Shown: positions 47,217-58,005, counted from the first letter of the stretch. The stretch: DNA of 64,000 nt from Alphaproteobacteria bacterium (GCA_963665325.3 OZ224045.1:2400001-2464000); one strand, 5' to 3'. Translations and numbers: made by a program. Notes: generated by a model not told the origin, from the sequence alone.

Positions 47217-48140
47217 TCAGCCGCCGATCAGGATGAGGATACCGGCGACGACGAGCAGGATGCCGATGACTTCGACCCGCGTGCTCCGCTCCTTGAAGAT
47301 GAAGATGCCGGCGGCGAAGGTGAAGACCAGCTCGATCTGGCCGAGCGCGCGGACATAGGCGACGTTCTGGAGCGTCATGGCGGTGAACCAGCCGATGGAG
47401 GAGAGCGCGCCGGCGAAGCCCGCGAGGCTTGCCCAGCGCCAGGATCGCAGCACCGCGGCGAGCTGGCCGGGCTCGCGCCAGGTCATCCACAGCGCCATGC
47501 CGACCGTCTGGGCCAGAATGACGAAGGCAAGCGTGAAGCCGGCCTGCATCAGGAAGCCCGGCCCCTCTCCGGAATCCAGGCCTCCGAGCGACAGCGACGC
47601 CGCCCGGAATGAAACCGCCGAGATGCCGAACAGCGTGCCGGAGAAGATGCCGATCAACGCCGTCTTCTCGGTCCAACCCAGCCACAGCCTGCGCCAGTCG
47701 AGCTCGCTCTTCGCGGTGGAGAGCAGCATGACCCCGATAAGGCTGATGAAGATGGCCACAGCGGCGGCAAGCCCGATGCCGTCGCCGAGGATGACCAGCC
47801 CGAACAGGGCCGCCTGCACGGTTTCCGTCTTGGAATAGGTTGTGCCGACCGCGAAGTCGCGGAAGGAAAACAGCCAGACCAGGCAGAAGGTTGCGCCGAT
47901 CTGCGTCACCCCGCCGAGGAGGCCGAAGATGACGAACGTCGCATTGGGCTCGGGCCACTCCATCCCGGCGCCGTAATGCAGCGCCAGCACATAGGCGACC
48001 AGGAAGGGAAACCCGTAGCCGAACCGCGAGAAAGTGGCGCCCGAGTTCGAGAGTACACCCTTGAGGTGCTTCTGGACGGCGCTTCGGAGGTTCTGGCAAA
48101 AGGCGGCGAGGATCGTGATCGGGATCCAGAGCTCGATCAA
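47217..48140 (-). CDS. DMT/EamA-family transporter
   Basis: About 10 TM; AAFCQNLRSAVQK, FAVGTTYSKTE, AYVRALGQIE. Confidence 0.85.
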   Translation of the reverse strand: MIELWIPITILAAFCQNLRSAVQKHLKGVLSNSGATFSRFGYGFPFLVAYVLALHYGAGMEWPEPNATFVIFGLLGGVTQIGATFCLVWLFSFRDFAVGTTYSKTETVQAALFGLVILGDGIGLAAAVAIFISLIGVMLLSTAKSELDWRRLWLGWTEKTALIGIFSGTLFGISAVSFRAASLSLGGLDSGEGPGFLMQAGFTLAFVILAQTVGMALWMTWREPGQLAAVLRSWRWASLAGFAGALSSIGWFTAMTLQNVAYVRALGQIELVFTFAAGIFIFKERSTRVEVIGILLVVAGILILIGG

Positions 48141-48742
48141 CTGGATACAGCCTCCGTAATCCGGTCGCGCAACATCTCGAGGCGATCCCCGCCCCAGAAC
48201 AACTCATCCTTGAAAAGGTAGCTCGGCACGCCGAACACGCCGAGCTCCTCCGCCTCCCGAAGCACCTCGTCATGGCGGCGGCGGCCTTCGTCTTCCGCCC
48301 ATTCCGGGAAATCGTCGGCGCCGGGCACGCCCGCTTCCTCCAGCACCGAAGCGATGACGGTGGGGTCCTCGATTTCGAGCTCGCGCTTCCAGAAGCGTTC
48401 GAACACGCGGTCGATATAGGGCTCGAACCGCCCGTGGTCCTGCGCGCGGAGCATGCCGATATGGGCGATGGAGCTGTCGAAGATCTTCTGCGGGCCGCGC
48501 ACGGTCAGCCCCACCTGGTTCGCGAGCCGCCTTGCGTCCATGTAGCTGTACAGCACGCGGCGCCACTGGTGCGGGTTGCGCGTCTCCACCGCGCCCAGGA
48601 AATCCGGGATTTCCAGCGTGTAGAACTTCCAGACGGGGGCGATGCCGAATTCCGCCGCGAGCTTCCGCGTCGGACCGATGGCCAGATAGGCATAGGGGCT
48701 CTTGACGTCGATATAGACGGTAAGTTCGGGGGCAGCGGTCAT
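48137..48742 (-). CDS. 2-hydroxychromene-2-carboxylate isomerase / DsbA-like (kappa GST) protein
   Basis: KSPYAYL, GVFGVPSY, FWGGDRL. Confidence 0.85.
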   Translation of the reverse strand: MTAAPELTVYIDVKSPYAYLAIGPTRKLAAEFGIAPVWKFYTLEIPDFLGAVETRNPHQWRRVLYSYMDARRLANQVGLTVRGPQKIFDSSIAHIGMLRAQDHGRFEPYIDRVFERFWKRELEIEDPTVIASVLEEAGVPGADDFPEWAEDEGRRRHDEVLREAEELGVFGVPSYLFKDELFWGGDRLEMLRDRITEAVSS

Positions 48743-48772
48743 GGGTTGTGTGATTCCTCAATGACGTTTGCA

Positions 48773-48967
48773 CTATGACGAAGCGTTGTCGTCCGGCCAT
48801 TTCCAGACGACCTGTCCGTCTTCGAACACGGCCACCGGCGTGCCGTTCTGCGCCGCCCGTCGCCACGCCTGCCTGGCGGCCCTCTGCATCGCCGCATTCA
48901 CTTTTTCGACATCCAGATGCGGCGGGCGCTCTTGCGTTTCCCTCTCTCGGGGCGGAACTGGGTTCAT
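48773..48967 (-). CDS. Small hypothetical protein, possible partner of the zeta-like ATPase
   Basis: ATGA-coupled to the upstream gene, SD GGAG; AMQRAARQA-GTPVAVFEDGQVVW. Confidence 0.6.
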   Translation of the reverse strand: MNPVPPRERETQERPPHLDVEKVNAAMQRAARQAWRRAAQNGTPVAVFEDGQVVWKWPDDNASS

Positions 48968-49482
48968 TGCTTGGATTCCTCCAGCAACACCGGCGCGGGA
49001 CCTGAACTATCGTACATGAGCACATTATCCACCAGCGGACGATAGACGCGCTCCAAATTTCTCCGCCCCGCATGAAAACGGCGGCGAACGACTGCTTCCG
49101 GCACTTCGTGGCCGCCCTCGGAGACTCTTTGGCGGACGCGGGCGACGGCCGTTTCCGGGGTCGGCAGACCCAGGAAATACAGCGTCACACGGTAGTCGTT
49201 AGCCTGCCAACGAGGAATGGAACGAGCGTGGCCGACGCCGCTCAGCGTCGTCTCGAAGGCGAAGCTCTCACCTCTGGCGACATATTCCCGGATCATCTCG
49301 ATCATCAGCCGTCCCGCACGGTAGGCAACCGACTCCGGTCGAAACGGGCTCAGTCCTGCCGCAATCGCATCGGCGTTGATAAAGTCGGGACATTCGGCTT
49401 CTCTCGGCAGAAATTGCGTCGCGAAGGTCGTCTTCCCGGCCCCGTTCGGGCCGCCGATAATCAATATTCTCTTGTCCGCCAA
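48964..49482 (-). CDS. Zeta-toxin-like P-loop ATPase/kinase
   Basis: GGPNGAGKTT, FINADAIA, SFAFETTLSG, RVRQRV-GGH. Confidence 0.85.
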   Translation of the reverse strand: MADKRILIIGGPNGAGKTTFATQFLPREAECPDFINADAIAAGLSPFRPESVAYRAGRLMIEMIREYVARGESFAFETTLSGVGHARSIPRWQANDYRVTLYFLGLPTPETAVARVRQRVSEGGHEVPEAVVRRRFHAGRRNLERVYRPLVDNVLMYDSSGPAPVLLEESKQ

Positions 49483-49598
49483 AATCCGGATGCCGCCAAC
49501 GAAGGAACACGCGGTATAGTCGAATCACTCGACTGCCGCTTGCGGGAGGAACGGAAAATGGCATGCACGGCGCCGATTGTCGAACCAGCGGAGGCCGA

Positions 49599-50558
49599 AT
49601 GAGCGGCCTGCGCGAACGGGCGCCGATGGACCCGGAGATGCGGGCCTTCCTCGACGCGACGACGGATACCGCAACGCAAGCGCTCGACCCGTTGGAGACG
49701 CCGCTGCCGGAAATGCGCCGGGCGATGGAGGCCGGGCGCATCGGCTATGCCGCTGGCGGGCCAGCGATGCGCGAGGCGGTGGACCGCGCGCTGGACGGAC
49801 CCGGACGACAGATCCTCGCGCGGTTCAACATGCCGGAGGTCGAGGGGCCGCTGCCGGCCTTCGTGCTGCTGCATGGTGGCGGCTGGACATGGAACACGAT
49901 CTACACCGGCGACCGCACGGCGCGCGAATATGCCGCCCGCGCGGGCGTGGCGGTGATCGCGCCCGACTATTCGCTCTCCCCGGAATACAAGTTTCCGCAG
50001 GCGCTCAATGAGTGCGTGGCGGCGCTCCGGGCGGTGCGTGCGGGCGCGGAGGAATGGGGCATCGACCCGGACCGGATTGCGGTCGGCGGGGATTCGGCCG
50101 GCGGCAACCTGGCGCTCGCCGCCGCGCTCATGTTGCGCGACGAGGGCGAGGACTGGCTTCGCGGTGCGCTGCTCAATTACGGCGTGTTCGACAGCGACTT
50201 CACCCGTGAGAGCTACCGGCTCTATGGGGGCGGGGACCTCTATCTTTCGAGCCGGCTGATGCGCTTCTTCTGGAACAACTATGTGCGCTCGCCGGACCAG
50301 ATGACCCATCCGCTCGCAGCACCGCTCAAGGCCGACCTCGCAGGCCTGCCGCCACTGCGCGTCGCCGCAGCGGAGCTGGATGTGCTGGCGGACGAAAGCC
50401 TTGCGCTTGCCGAAAAGGCGAAGCTCGCCGGGGTGGACACCGAATATGCGCTCTATGAGGGCGTCACCCACGGATTCCTGAGGGCGTCCGCCTCGGTCGC
50501 CAAGGCGGAACGCTGCCTTGCCGACGGCGCCCTTTGGCTCAACCGCATTCTCGCCTGA
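49599..50558 (+). CDS. Alpha/beta hydrolase (HSL family esterase)
   Basis: HGGGW, GDSAGGNLA, D-L-DE, HGF. Confidence 0.9.
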   Translation: MSGLRERAPMDPEMRAFLDATTDTATQALDPLETPLPEMRRAMEAGRIGYAAGGPAMREAVDRALDGPGRQILARFNMPEVEGPLPAFVLLHGGGWTWNTIYTGDRTAREYAARAGVAVIAPDYSLSPEYKFPQALNECVAALRAVRAGAEEWGIDPDRIAVGGDSAGGNLALAAALMLRDEGEDWLRGALLNYGVFDSDFTRESYRLYGGGDLYLSSRLMRFFWNNYVRSPDQMTHPLAAPLKADLAGLPPLRVAAAELDVLADESLALAEKAKLAGVDTEYALYEGVTHGFLRASASVAKAERCLADGALWLNRILA

Positions 50559-50576
50559 AACCGGAGCACCGATCCC

Positions 50577-51209
50577 ATGCCGGAAGAACGCCTTTCCTAC
50601 TACTGCACCATGGCCTCGCCCTGGACCTATCTCGGCCATGACGAGTTGCTGGCGCTCTGCGCCGGAAACGGCGTGGCCGTGGACATATTGCCCGTCGATC
50701 TCTCCGACGTGTTCTCGGTCTCCGGCGGGCTTCCCCTGCCGCAGCGGGCGCCGCAGCGCCGGGCCTACCGCCTGGTCGAGCTGCAGCGCTGGCGGGCGCG
50801 GCGCGGCGCCGACCTCAAGCTGCATCCGAAATATTTCCCGGCCCCGGCTGACCGCGCTAATTGCATGGTGGTGGCTGCCGTTATGGGCGGCCTCGACGGG
50901 GTGGCGCTGGCCGGCGCGCTGATGCGCGGCGTGTGGGCCGAGGACCGCAATATCGGCGATGACGTGGACCTTGCCGCCATCGCCGACGCCGCCGGCTTCG
51001 ACGGCGCGGGCCTGCTGGCGGAGGCCGGCGCCGGCGCTGTGCAGAACCGCTACAACGCGCAGACTGAACGGGCCAAGGCCGCCGGCGTGTTCGGGGCGCC
51101 GACCTATGTGTGGCGCGGCGAGCCGTTCTGGGGCCAGGACCGGCTGGACTTCGTTGCGCGCGCGCTGGCGGGCGAGACCGAGGCCATTGCGCTGCCCGAG
51201 GAGGCGTGA
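50577..51209 (+). CDS. 2-hydroxychromene-2-carboxylate isomerase family protein
   Basis: SPWTYLG, QRRAYRLVELQRW, GVFGAPTY, FWGQDRL. Confidence 0.88.
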   Translation: MPEERLSYYCTMASPWTYLGHDELLALCAGNGVAVDILPVDLSDVFSVSGGLPLPQRAPQRRAYRLVELQRWRARRGADLKLHPKYFPAPADRANCMVVAAVMGGLDGVALAGALMRGVWAEDRNIGDDVDLAAIADAAGFDGAGLLAEAGAGAVQNRYNAQTERAKAAGVFGAPTYVWRGEPFWGQDRLDFVARALAGETEAIALPEEA

Positions 51210-51216
51210 GGAGCCC

Positions 51217-51822
51217 ATGGCCGGGAAGACCGTCGACTATTTCTTCTGCATGAACTCGCCCTGGGTCTATCTCAGCCAGCGCCGGCTTGAGGAGATCGCC
51301 GAAAGGCAGGGCGCCGGCATCGTCTACCACCCGGTGGACCTCCGGGAGATGATGCTGAGGTTGATCGGCATGGACGACCCGCCCGAGCGCTCGGAACTGC
51401 ATCGCGCCTACGGCAAGCGCGACATGGAGCGTTGGGCGGAATATTACGGCCTGCCGCTCTCCGACGAGCCCCGCTACTACCCCGTCTCGCAGCATCTGGC
51501 GGCGCGCGTGGTGGTGGCCGCCGACCGGTTCGGCGCGGACGTGGCCCCGCTCGTGCTGGCGCTGCCGCGCGCCGTCTGGGCCGAGGACCGGGACATCGCC
51601 GACAAGGGAGTGCTGACCGCCATCTGCGAGGAATGCGGCCTGCCGGGCGACATCCTGTTGCGCGCGGCCGACGACACCGAGACGCTGGAACGCTTCGGCG
51701 CCAACACCGACGAGGCGCTCGCGCGCGGCGTGTTCGGCATTCCGAGCTATGTGGTCGGCGGCGAGATCTTCTGGGGCCAGGACCGGCTGGACTTCGTCGA
51801 GCGCGCGCTCGCCGCCGCGTGA
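51217..51822 (+). CDS. 2-hydroxychromene-2-carboxylate isomerase family protein
   Basis: SPWVYL, RGVFGIPSY, FWGQDRL; SD GAGGAG. Confidence 0.88.
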   Translation: MAGKTVDYFFCMNSPWVYLSQRRLEEIAERQGAGIVYHPVDLREMMLRLIGMDDPPERSELHRAYGKRDMERWAEYYGLPLSDEPRYYPVSQHLAARVVVAADRFGADVAPLVLALPRAVWAEDRDIADKGVLTAICEECGLPGDILLRAADDTETLERFGANTDEALARGVFGIPSYVVGGEIFWGQDRLDFVERALAAA

Positions 51823-52742
51823 GGCTCCTACACGGCGGCGATCTCGGGCAGGCCCGCTCAGCCTTCGGCGAGCCCGAGGGTGGCTGGATCGACCTTTCGA
51901 CCGGCGTCAATCCCTGGCCGTGGCCCGCGCCGCCGCTCTCACCGGATGCGCTGACGCGGCTACCTTCCGAAGAGGGGCTAGCCTACCTTGCCGCCGCCGC
52001 TGCACGGGCATTCGGCGCGCGGCGGGCATTGCCGGTGCCAGGCGCGCAGGCGGCAATCCAGCACCTGCCGCACCTCCTGCCGCCCGGCGATGTTGCGGTC
52101 GTGTCGCCAACCTACGGGGAACACGCGCTGGCCTGGGCGGCGGCAGGCCACCGGGTGCGCGGGGCGTCGGAGCCGGAACCGGCCCAGGTGCTCGTCGTGA
52201 GCAACCCGAACAATCCCGACGGCCGCCGGTGGCGCCCCGAATCGTTGCTTGCGGTCGATTGCGGCCTGCTGGTCGTGGATGAATCCTTCGTCGATGCCGT
52301 GCCCGAGCTCTCGCTGGCGGGCCATGAGCATGTCGTCGTGCTGCGGTCGTTCGGCAAATTTTACGGGCTGCCTGGGCTCCGCCTCGGCTTCGCGCTCGGC
52401 CCCGACGGGCTGCTGGACAGGTTGGCCGCACGGCTCGGTCCCTGGCCCGTCTCCGGCCCCGCCCTCGAAATCGGCCAGCGCGCCTATTGCGACGATGCCT
52501 GGGCCGCGGAAACGCGCGCGCGGCTCGAACGCGCAGCGAGCCGGCTCGACGATCTGTTGGTCGCGCGCGGCTTCGAGGTGGTGGGCGGCACGCCGCTGTT
52601 CCGCTTCATCGCAGGCGAGGGCGGCGCGGCGCGCTTCGCCCGCCACGGCCTCTGGGTCCGCAGCTTCCCGGACATGCCGGACCGCTTCCGCCTCGGCTTG
52701 CCGCCGGACGAGGCCGCCTGGGCGCGGCTCGCGCGCGTTTGA
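51819..52742 (+). CDS. cobD: Threonine-phosphate decarboxylase (cobalamin pathway, PLP-dependent)
   Basis: HGGDL, WIDLSTGVNP, NPNNPDG, VDESF, RSFGKFYGLPGLRLG; GTGA overlap. Confidence 0.88.
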   Translation: MRLLHGGDLGQARSAFGEPEGGWIDLSTGVNPWPWPAPPLSPDALTRLPSEEGLAYLAAAAARAFGARRALPVPGAQAAIQHLPHLLPPGDVAVVSPTYGEHALAWAAAGHRVRGASEPEPAQVLVVSNPNNPDGRRWRPESLLAVDCGLLVVDESFVDAVPELSLAGHEHVVVLRSFGKFYGLPGLRLGFALGPDGLLDRLAARLGPWPVSGPALEIGQRAYCDDAWAAETRARLERAASRLDDLLVARGFEVVGGTPLFRFIAGEGGAARFARHGLWVRSFPDMPDRFRLGLPPDEAAWARLARV

Positions 52743-52746
52743 GCCG

Positions 52747-52770
52747 AGCCCCGCCGGGCGGCGGGGCTTT
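52747..52770. terminator. Hairpin terminator between convergent genes
   Basis: AGCCCCGCC-GGGC-GGCGGGGCT followed by TT. Confidence 0.6.
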
Positions 52771-52781
52771 GCTTGTGCGGG

Positions 52782-53612
52782 CTACGGCGAGAAGGACACC
52801 GTGTCCGGAATTTCCGTGATCTCGCTGTATTTCAGCATCGCTTCCTTCATGCGCCGCTCATTGTGGCCCAGAAGGTTGTTCCACTCCGCCCACCAGTTCA
52901 GGAACTTCTTGAAGGTAGGGTCCATCTCGCTGCGAATGCCGAAATAGCCGGGCAGCGCCGCGCGCGGCTTCGGATTGTTGAAGGTACCGAGCCCGGGGTT
53001 CTTCTCCTTGGCGATCATGCTGGACAGCACCGTGGTGGTGAAGGCGTCGGCCCGCCCGGAGCTGACCGCAAGGATGATCTGCGAGAACTCCTTGAACTGG
53101 ACCTGGGTCGCCTTGGGCGCCCATTTTTCAAGCAGGAGCTGATCCGAGGTTCCGGTCATCACCGCGACCTTCACGTCGGGATTGTTGTAGTCGGCCCAGT
53201 TCTTGCCCTCGAAGTTCTTGTTGTTCACGGTCACCCACTCGATCCAGTAGATCGGGCCCGCGAAGTCGATCGCCGTCGCCCGCACGGGCGTCGCCTGCAT
53301 GCCGGCCGCGAAGTCCACCTTGCCGGAGGAGATCGCCAGAACCAGCTCGCTCCAGCCGCCGACCTCGACCATGTTGAGCTCGACCTTGAGCTCCTTGGCG
53401 ACATCCTTCGCCATCTCGATCAGCGCGCCGCCCCACTCGTTCGTGTCCTTGTCCTTCACGAAATAGGGCGGATAGTTGAACACCGCGAACTTGACCTCGC
53501 CGCTGCTCTTGATCCGCTCCCAGGTGGACTCCGCCTGGCCCGCGGTCGTGCCCCCGACCAGTAACGCTGCGGCCACGAAGGCCGATGCCAGCGTGGCGAA
53601 TAGCCTCTTCAT
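52782..53612 (-). CDS. Polar amino-acid ABC substrate-binding protein
   Basis: Signal peptide, STWERIKSSG, PPYF, GKVD, SGRADA; SD AAGGAG. Confidence 0.88.
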   Translation of the reverse strand: MKRLFATLASAFVAAALLVGGTTAGQAESTWERIKSSGEVKFAVFNYPPYFVKDKDTNEWGGALIEMAKDVAKELKVELNMVEVGGWSELVLAISSGKVDFAAGMQATPVRATAIDFAGPIYWIEWVTVNNKNFEGKNWADYNNPDVKVAVMTGTSDQLLLEKWAPKATQVQFKEFSQIILAVSSGRADAFTTTVLSSMIAKEKNPGLGTFNNPKPRAALPGYFGIRSEMDPTFKKFLNWWAEWNNLLGHNERRMKEAMLKYSEITEIPDTVSFSP

Positions 53613-54027
53613 GAGTTCTCTCCTCCTTGTAGGTCGGATTCTCCAAAACCGGGATTGTCTGACAGGCGCAGCAATATTCAACGGAGAACTTACATTATCT
53701 CATCCAGAAGTTCATTTGAGCCTCCCAAATGGGAGGAAATGACAATATTTTCCGCTGCCTCGTTTTCGGATGCCGGCGGGGCGGGTTTGCGCGAAAGCGC
53801 CGCAAGCCGTTCCGCTTGCGTCGATCCCGGCTGCTGCTGCTATTGACCGGGCTTTCCCGCCCCTATACGGAACGTGCTGCGATGCCGACGGTTGCAGGCG
53901 CCCCAGGCGTTTGGGGGAACGCCGAGGGCGGGTTGCGGAATATGCCGCGGAACAATCCCGGAAACCTTCCGAACGGTGCCGAAACGACGGTCGGGATGCC
54001 GGAGGCGCGTGTGAGCGAGTGGGTTGC

Positions 54028-55163
54028 ATGACCGGGAAGCGGACCCGACAGAAGATCGAACGCCTACGGGTGCATGTCGTCGACATCCCGGTCCAGGCCG
54101 TCCACTCACACGGCAGCGGCGACATATCGGGTGTCACCAGCGCCATTCTGGAAATTGTTACGGATGGCGGCCTCACCGGATGGGGCGAGGCGTCACCCTG
54201 GCCCGTCTTTACTGGCACGGTCGAAGCGAATGCGGCGGCGCTGCATGTCCATCTGCGCCCGCATCTGCTTGGCGAGGACCCCGTACAGGTCGAGAGGCAC
54301 ATGGCGATGGCGGACCGGGTCGTCGTCGGCTGCCCGGAAGCGAAGGCTGCGCTCGAAGCGGCGCTTCTCGACATAACGGGACAGGTGAGCGGTTTGTCGG
54401 TCTCGGAACTGGTGGCGGCCGCCACCGCGACCGGGTGCCGCTCAGCTTTTCCGTCGCCAATCCCGACTTCGACGCCGATCTCGACGACATCGCCCGCATT
54501 ACCGGAGACGGCGTGCGCATCCTGAAGATCAAGACCGGTTTCGAGGACCATGTCTTCGACCGGATGCGGTTGGAGAAGCTGCGCGCCCTCTACGGCGATA
54601 CGCTCAGCCTCCGTATCGACTACAACCAGGGCCTCAGGGCCACGGACGCCATCCGCACCCTGCGGGACCTGGAGTGCTTCGGGCTCACCTTCATCGAGCA
54701 GCCGGTGAAACGCCATGAACGCGCCGCGCTTGCGGAGATAACCCGCGCCCTTGACACGCCCGTCATGGCCGACGAATCGGTGTTCGATCCGCGCGAGGCG
54801 ATGCAGGGTGTGTCGATGCGGCTCGCCGACATCTTCGCCCTCAAGATCATGAAGTCGGGCGGTATAAGGCGCGCCCTTGAAGTGGCTGCGATCGCACGCT
54901 TGGGCGGCATCGACGTCTATGGCGGCTGCATGTTCGAGACCGGTATCGCCCATGCCGCGGGTGCGCATCTGATGGCCGCCTTGCCGGACCTTCATCTCGG
55001 CTGCGAGTTCTACATGTCCAGCTACTATCTGAAGGAGGACATCCTGGCCGAGCCGTTTCCCGTTCGGAACGGCATGGTGCATGTCCCCGACGGGCCGGGG
55101 CTGGGCATTGCCGTCGATCCGGACCGGCTGGCGAAATACCGAACCCTGCTGCTCGAAAAGTAG
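54028..55163 (+). pseudogene. Mandelate racemase/muconate cycloisomerase-family enolase with a 1-bp frameshift
   Basis: N-half GLTGWGE and ALLDI in one frame; KIKTG, DYNQG, EQP, DES, KIMKSGG in another. The frame switches at about 54413 (GTGGC where GTGGGC is expected). Confidence 0.8.
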
Positions 55164-55178
55164 AGCTAAAGAGCCCTT

Positions 55179-55979
55179 TTACCCCTCCGTTTCCTGGCGC
55201 CGGAACCGCGTGAGAAAGGCTTGGGTGCGAGGGCTCCGAGGGTTCGCCAGTACCTCGCCGGCTGAGCCCTCCTCGATCACCTCTCCCTGGTCCATGAAGA
55301 CCACCCGATCCGCTACGTCCTGCGCGAAACCCATTTCATGGGTCACGACGACCATCGTAGCTCCATCGCGGGCCAGGCCCTGCATCACGGCCAGCACCTC
55401 GCCGACGAGCTCGGGGTCGAGAGCGGATGTCACCTCGTCGAACAGCAGCACCTCGGGCTTCATGGCGAGCGCACGGGCTATGGCCACGCGCTGCTGCTGG
55501 CCGCCGGACAGCTCGCGCGGCAGCCGGTCCTCCATCCCCGAGAGCCCGACACGGGTCAGGTGTTCCATGGCGAGCCTGCGGGCTTCCGCCGCCGGAATCC
55601 TCTGGACGACCGTCGGGCCGACCATGACGTTCTGCAGCGCCGTCTTGTGGGCGAACAGGTCGAATTGCTGGAATACCATGCCGAACTGGGCGCGGAAGCG
55701 CGCCAGGTTGCGGCCCGTAGGCAGGCTGCGCCGGTTGGCGAAGTCCAGTTCCCGGTCGCCGACGCGCAGCGTGCCGCCGGTCGGCTCCTCCAGCAGGTTG
55801 AGGCAGCGCAATGTCGTGGACTTGCCGCAACCGGACGGGCCGATGATAACGACCACCTCACCCGCATGGACATCGAGGGACACGCCCCGCACGGCCTCGA
55901 CCGAACCGTAGTTCTTGCGGAGGTTGCGCAGGGACACCGTCGGGTGGCTGCGGGGGCCGGTTCCGGAGCTATTGATCAC
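55179..55979 (-). CDS. Polar amino-acid ABC ATPase (GlnQ-like)
   Basis: [47 protein letters not shown]. Confidence 0.92.
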   Translation of the reverse strand: MINSSGTGPRSHPTVSLRNLRKNYGSVEAVRGVSLDVHAGEVVVIIGPSGCGKSTTLRCLNLLEEPTGGTLRVGDRELDFANRRSLPTGRNLARFRAQFGMVFQQFDLFAHKTALQNVMVGPTVVQRIPAAEARRLAMEHLTRVGLSGMEDRLPRELSGGQQQRVAIARALAMKPEVLLFDEVTSALDPELVGEVLAVMQGLARDGATMVVVTHEMGFAQDVADRVVFMDQGEVIEEGSAGEVLANPRSPRTQAFLTRFRRQETEG

Positions 55980-56631
55980 TGCGCGCCTCCAGCCGTTTGC
56001 CCCACTGCGTGATCGGGTAGAGCAGCACGAAATAAGCGACCGCGACGCCTGTATAGACCTCCAGCGGCCGGTAGGTGTCGGCCACCACCAGATAGCCCGT
56101 GTACATCATGTCCGGGACAGCGACGACATAGAGGAGGGCGGTGTTCTTGAACTGGATGACCGACTGGTTGACGAAGGGCGGCACCATCCGGCGGACGGCC
56201 TGCGGCAGGATGATGTGCTGCATCATCTCCCGGTAGGTCATGCCGATGGCCCGCGCCGCTTGCCACTGGCCCTTGTCGATAGAGATGATGCCGCCCCGAA
56301 AGATCTCGGTGGCGAAGCAGCCCATATAGAGCGTGAGCCCGATGCCGGCGGCCAGCCAGCCGGGCAGATCGACCTGGATGACGATCGGCAGGGCGAAGAA
56401 GAACCAGATGATCTGGACCAGCACCGGCGTGCAGCGGAACAGCTCCACATAGGCGTGAATCGGGACGGTCAGCCACCAGCGGTTCGCGAGCAGGCCCATG
56501 CCGCAGACGACGCCAATGATGAGGCCGCCGATCACGGTTCCGGTCGCATAGGCAATGGTGACGAGCAGGCCTTTCAGCCACCACCCTTCGTAGCCGATGA
56601 AGACAGTGTAGAAATCCCAATTGTGTTCCAT
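55969..56631 (-). CDS. Polar amino-acid ABC permease
   Basis: [31 protein letters not shown]. Confidence 0.9.
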   Translation of the reverse strand: MEHNWDFYTVFIGYEGWWLKGLLVTIAYATGTVIGGLIIGVVCGMGLLANRWWLTVPIHAYVELFRCTPVLVQIIWFFFALPIVIQVDLPGWLAAGIGLTLYMGCFATEIFRGGIISIDKGQWQAARAIGMTYREMMQHIILPQAVRRMVPPFVNQSVIQFKNTALLYVVAVPDMMYTGYLVVADTYRPLEVYTGVAVAYFVLLYPITQWGKRLEARSDQ

Positions 56632-56677
56632 GGCTTCCTGTCTCCGTCTGCGGCGGCTCTCGGGCGGAGTCCGCGTT

Positions 56678-57922
56678 CTAGAACCGGTCGGGCCGGAAGG
56701 GCGCCAGGTCCACGCTCGGCGGGCGGCCGGCTGCGAGTTCGGAAACCAGCTTTCCCGTAATGCCGCCCATGGTGAGGCCCAGATGGTCGTGGCCGAAGGC
56801 GAACCAGGCATTCGGGAAACGCGGCGAGCGTCCGATGACCGGCTTCGAATCCGGATGCGAGGGGCGCGGGCCCATCCATTCGGTGATGCGCGCGCCCTTG
56901 AGGCCGGGGAAGAGTGCCTCCCCGTGGCGGCGGACGCGCGCGGCGACCCGGGGGTCCGGCGGGGCCTCCGGAGGTGCGAACTCGGCGACGCCGCCGACGC
57001 GCACGCCTTCGGCCATCGGCGTCACCGCGACATGCCGGTCCACCGAGATGATGCCGCCATTCATGGAAACATCCGTATCGCGGAACATCGCGTGGTAGCC
57101 GCGCTCGGCCTCTAGCGGCACGCGCGTGCCGAGCATGGCCGCGAGCCGCCTGGACCAGACGCCGGCCGCCACCACGACATTCCCGACCGGCAGGTCGCCC
57201 GCGTCGGTCCTGAGCGCGCGCACGCCTTCCGGGCCGATGTCGAACCCGCGCACCGTGCGCCTCTCCAGCCGGCCGCCGCGCAGCTCGAACAGGGAGGCCA
57301 GTGCCTGAACCAACCCTAGAGGGTTCACCGTGTGCGAGAAGTCGGCGACACGGTACGCCCGGACCACGGCGGGGCTGAGCGCGGGCTGCACCTGGCGCGC
57401 CTCGTCGCCGTCGAGCAGGTCCATCTGCACGCCGTTGCGCCGGCGCAGGTCGAACGCATAGGACGCGGCCCGGAAGCTCTCCTCGCTTTCGAAGGTGAAC
57501 ATCAGTCCGGTCCGGCTCATCTGGTGCTGCGCGCCTGCCTCGGCGACCAGCGGATCGAATGCCTCATGCACCTTGTCCAGCAGGCTCTGCCGGGCGGCGG
57601 CGTTCGCCTCGACACGGTCCCGGCGGGCGTTGGCGATGAAGCTGAGGAACCAGGGCAGGGCCTTTACCGTGTGGCCCCAGCGCAGTTTCAGCGGCGCGTC
57701 CGCGTCCAGCAGCATGCCCGGAACCTTCCGGAGCACGCCGGGCATGGCGGCAGGCGGGCAGGACGCCACGCCGAAGCCGCCGAGATTGCCGAAGGAGGCT
57801 TCCTCGCCGGGACCGCCGCGGTCCACGAGGGTGACGTCGAACCCCTCATTCTGGAGGTAAAGAGCGCAGCAGGTGCCGACCATGCCGGCGCCGACCACTG
57901 CGAAGGACGGTTTGCTGTCCAT
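56678..57922 (-). CDS. D-amino-acid dehydrogenase (DadA)-family FAD oxidoreductase
   Basis: GAGMVG, EASFGN, ERGYH, WMGPRPS-PDSKPVIG, FGHDHLGLT. Confidence 0.9.
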   Translation of the reverse strand: MDSKPSFAVVGAGMVGTCCALYLQNEGFDVTLVDRGGPGEEASFGNLGGFGVASCPPAAMPGVLRKVPGMLLDADAPLKLRWGHTVKALPWFLSFIANARRDRVEANAAARQSLLDKVHEAFDPLVAEAGAQHQMSRTGLMFTFESEESFRAASYAFDLRRRNGVQMDLLDGDEARQVQPALSPAVVRAYRVADFSHTVNPLGLVQALASLFELRGGRLERRTVRGFDIGPEGVRALRTDAGDLPVGNVVVAAGVWSRRLAAMLGTRVPLEAERGYHAMFRDTDVSMNGGIISVDRHVAVTPMAEGVRVGGVAEFAPPEAPPDPRVAARVRRHGEALFPGLKGARITEWMGPRPSHPDSKPVIGRSPRFPNAWFAFGHDHLGLTMGGITGKLVSELAAGRPPSVDLAPFRPDRF

Positions 57923-58005
57923 GCTTCCGGTTCCGGCTTTGCGGGTTGCGGAAGCGTCGCATATCCCGCCCCGAGAACCAACGCGCCCTCCGGCGGGCGC
58001 CGGCC

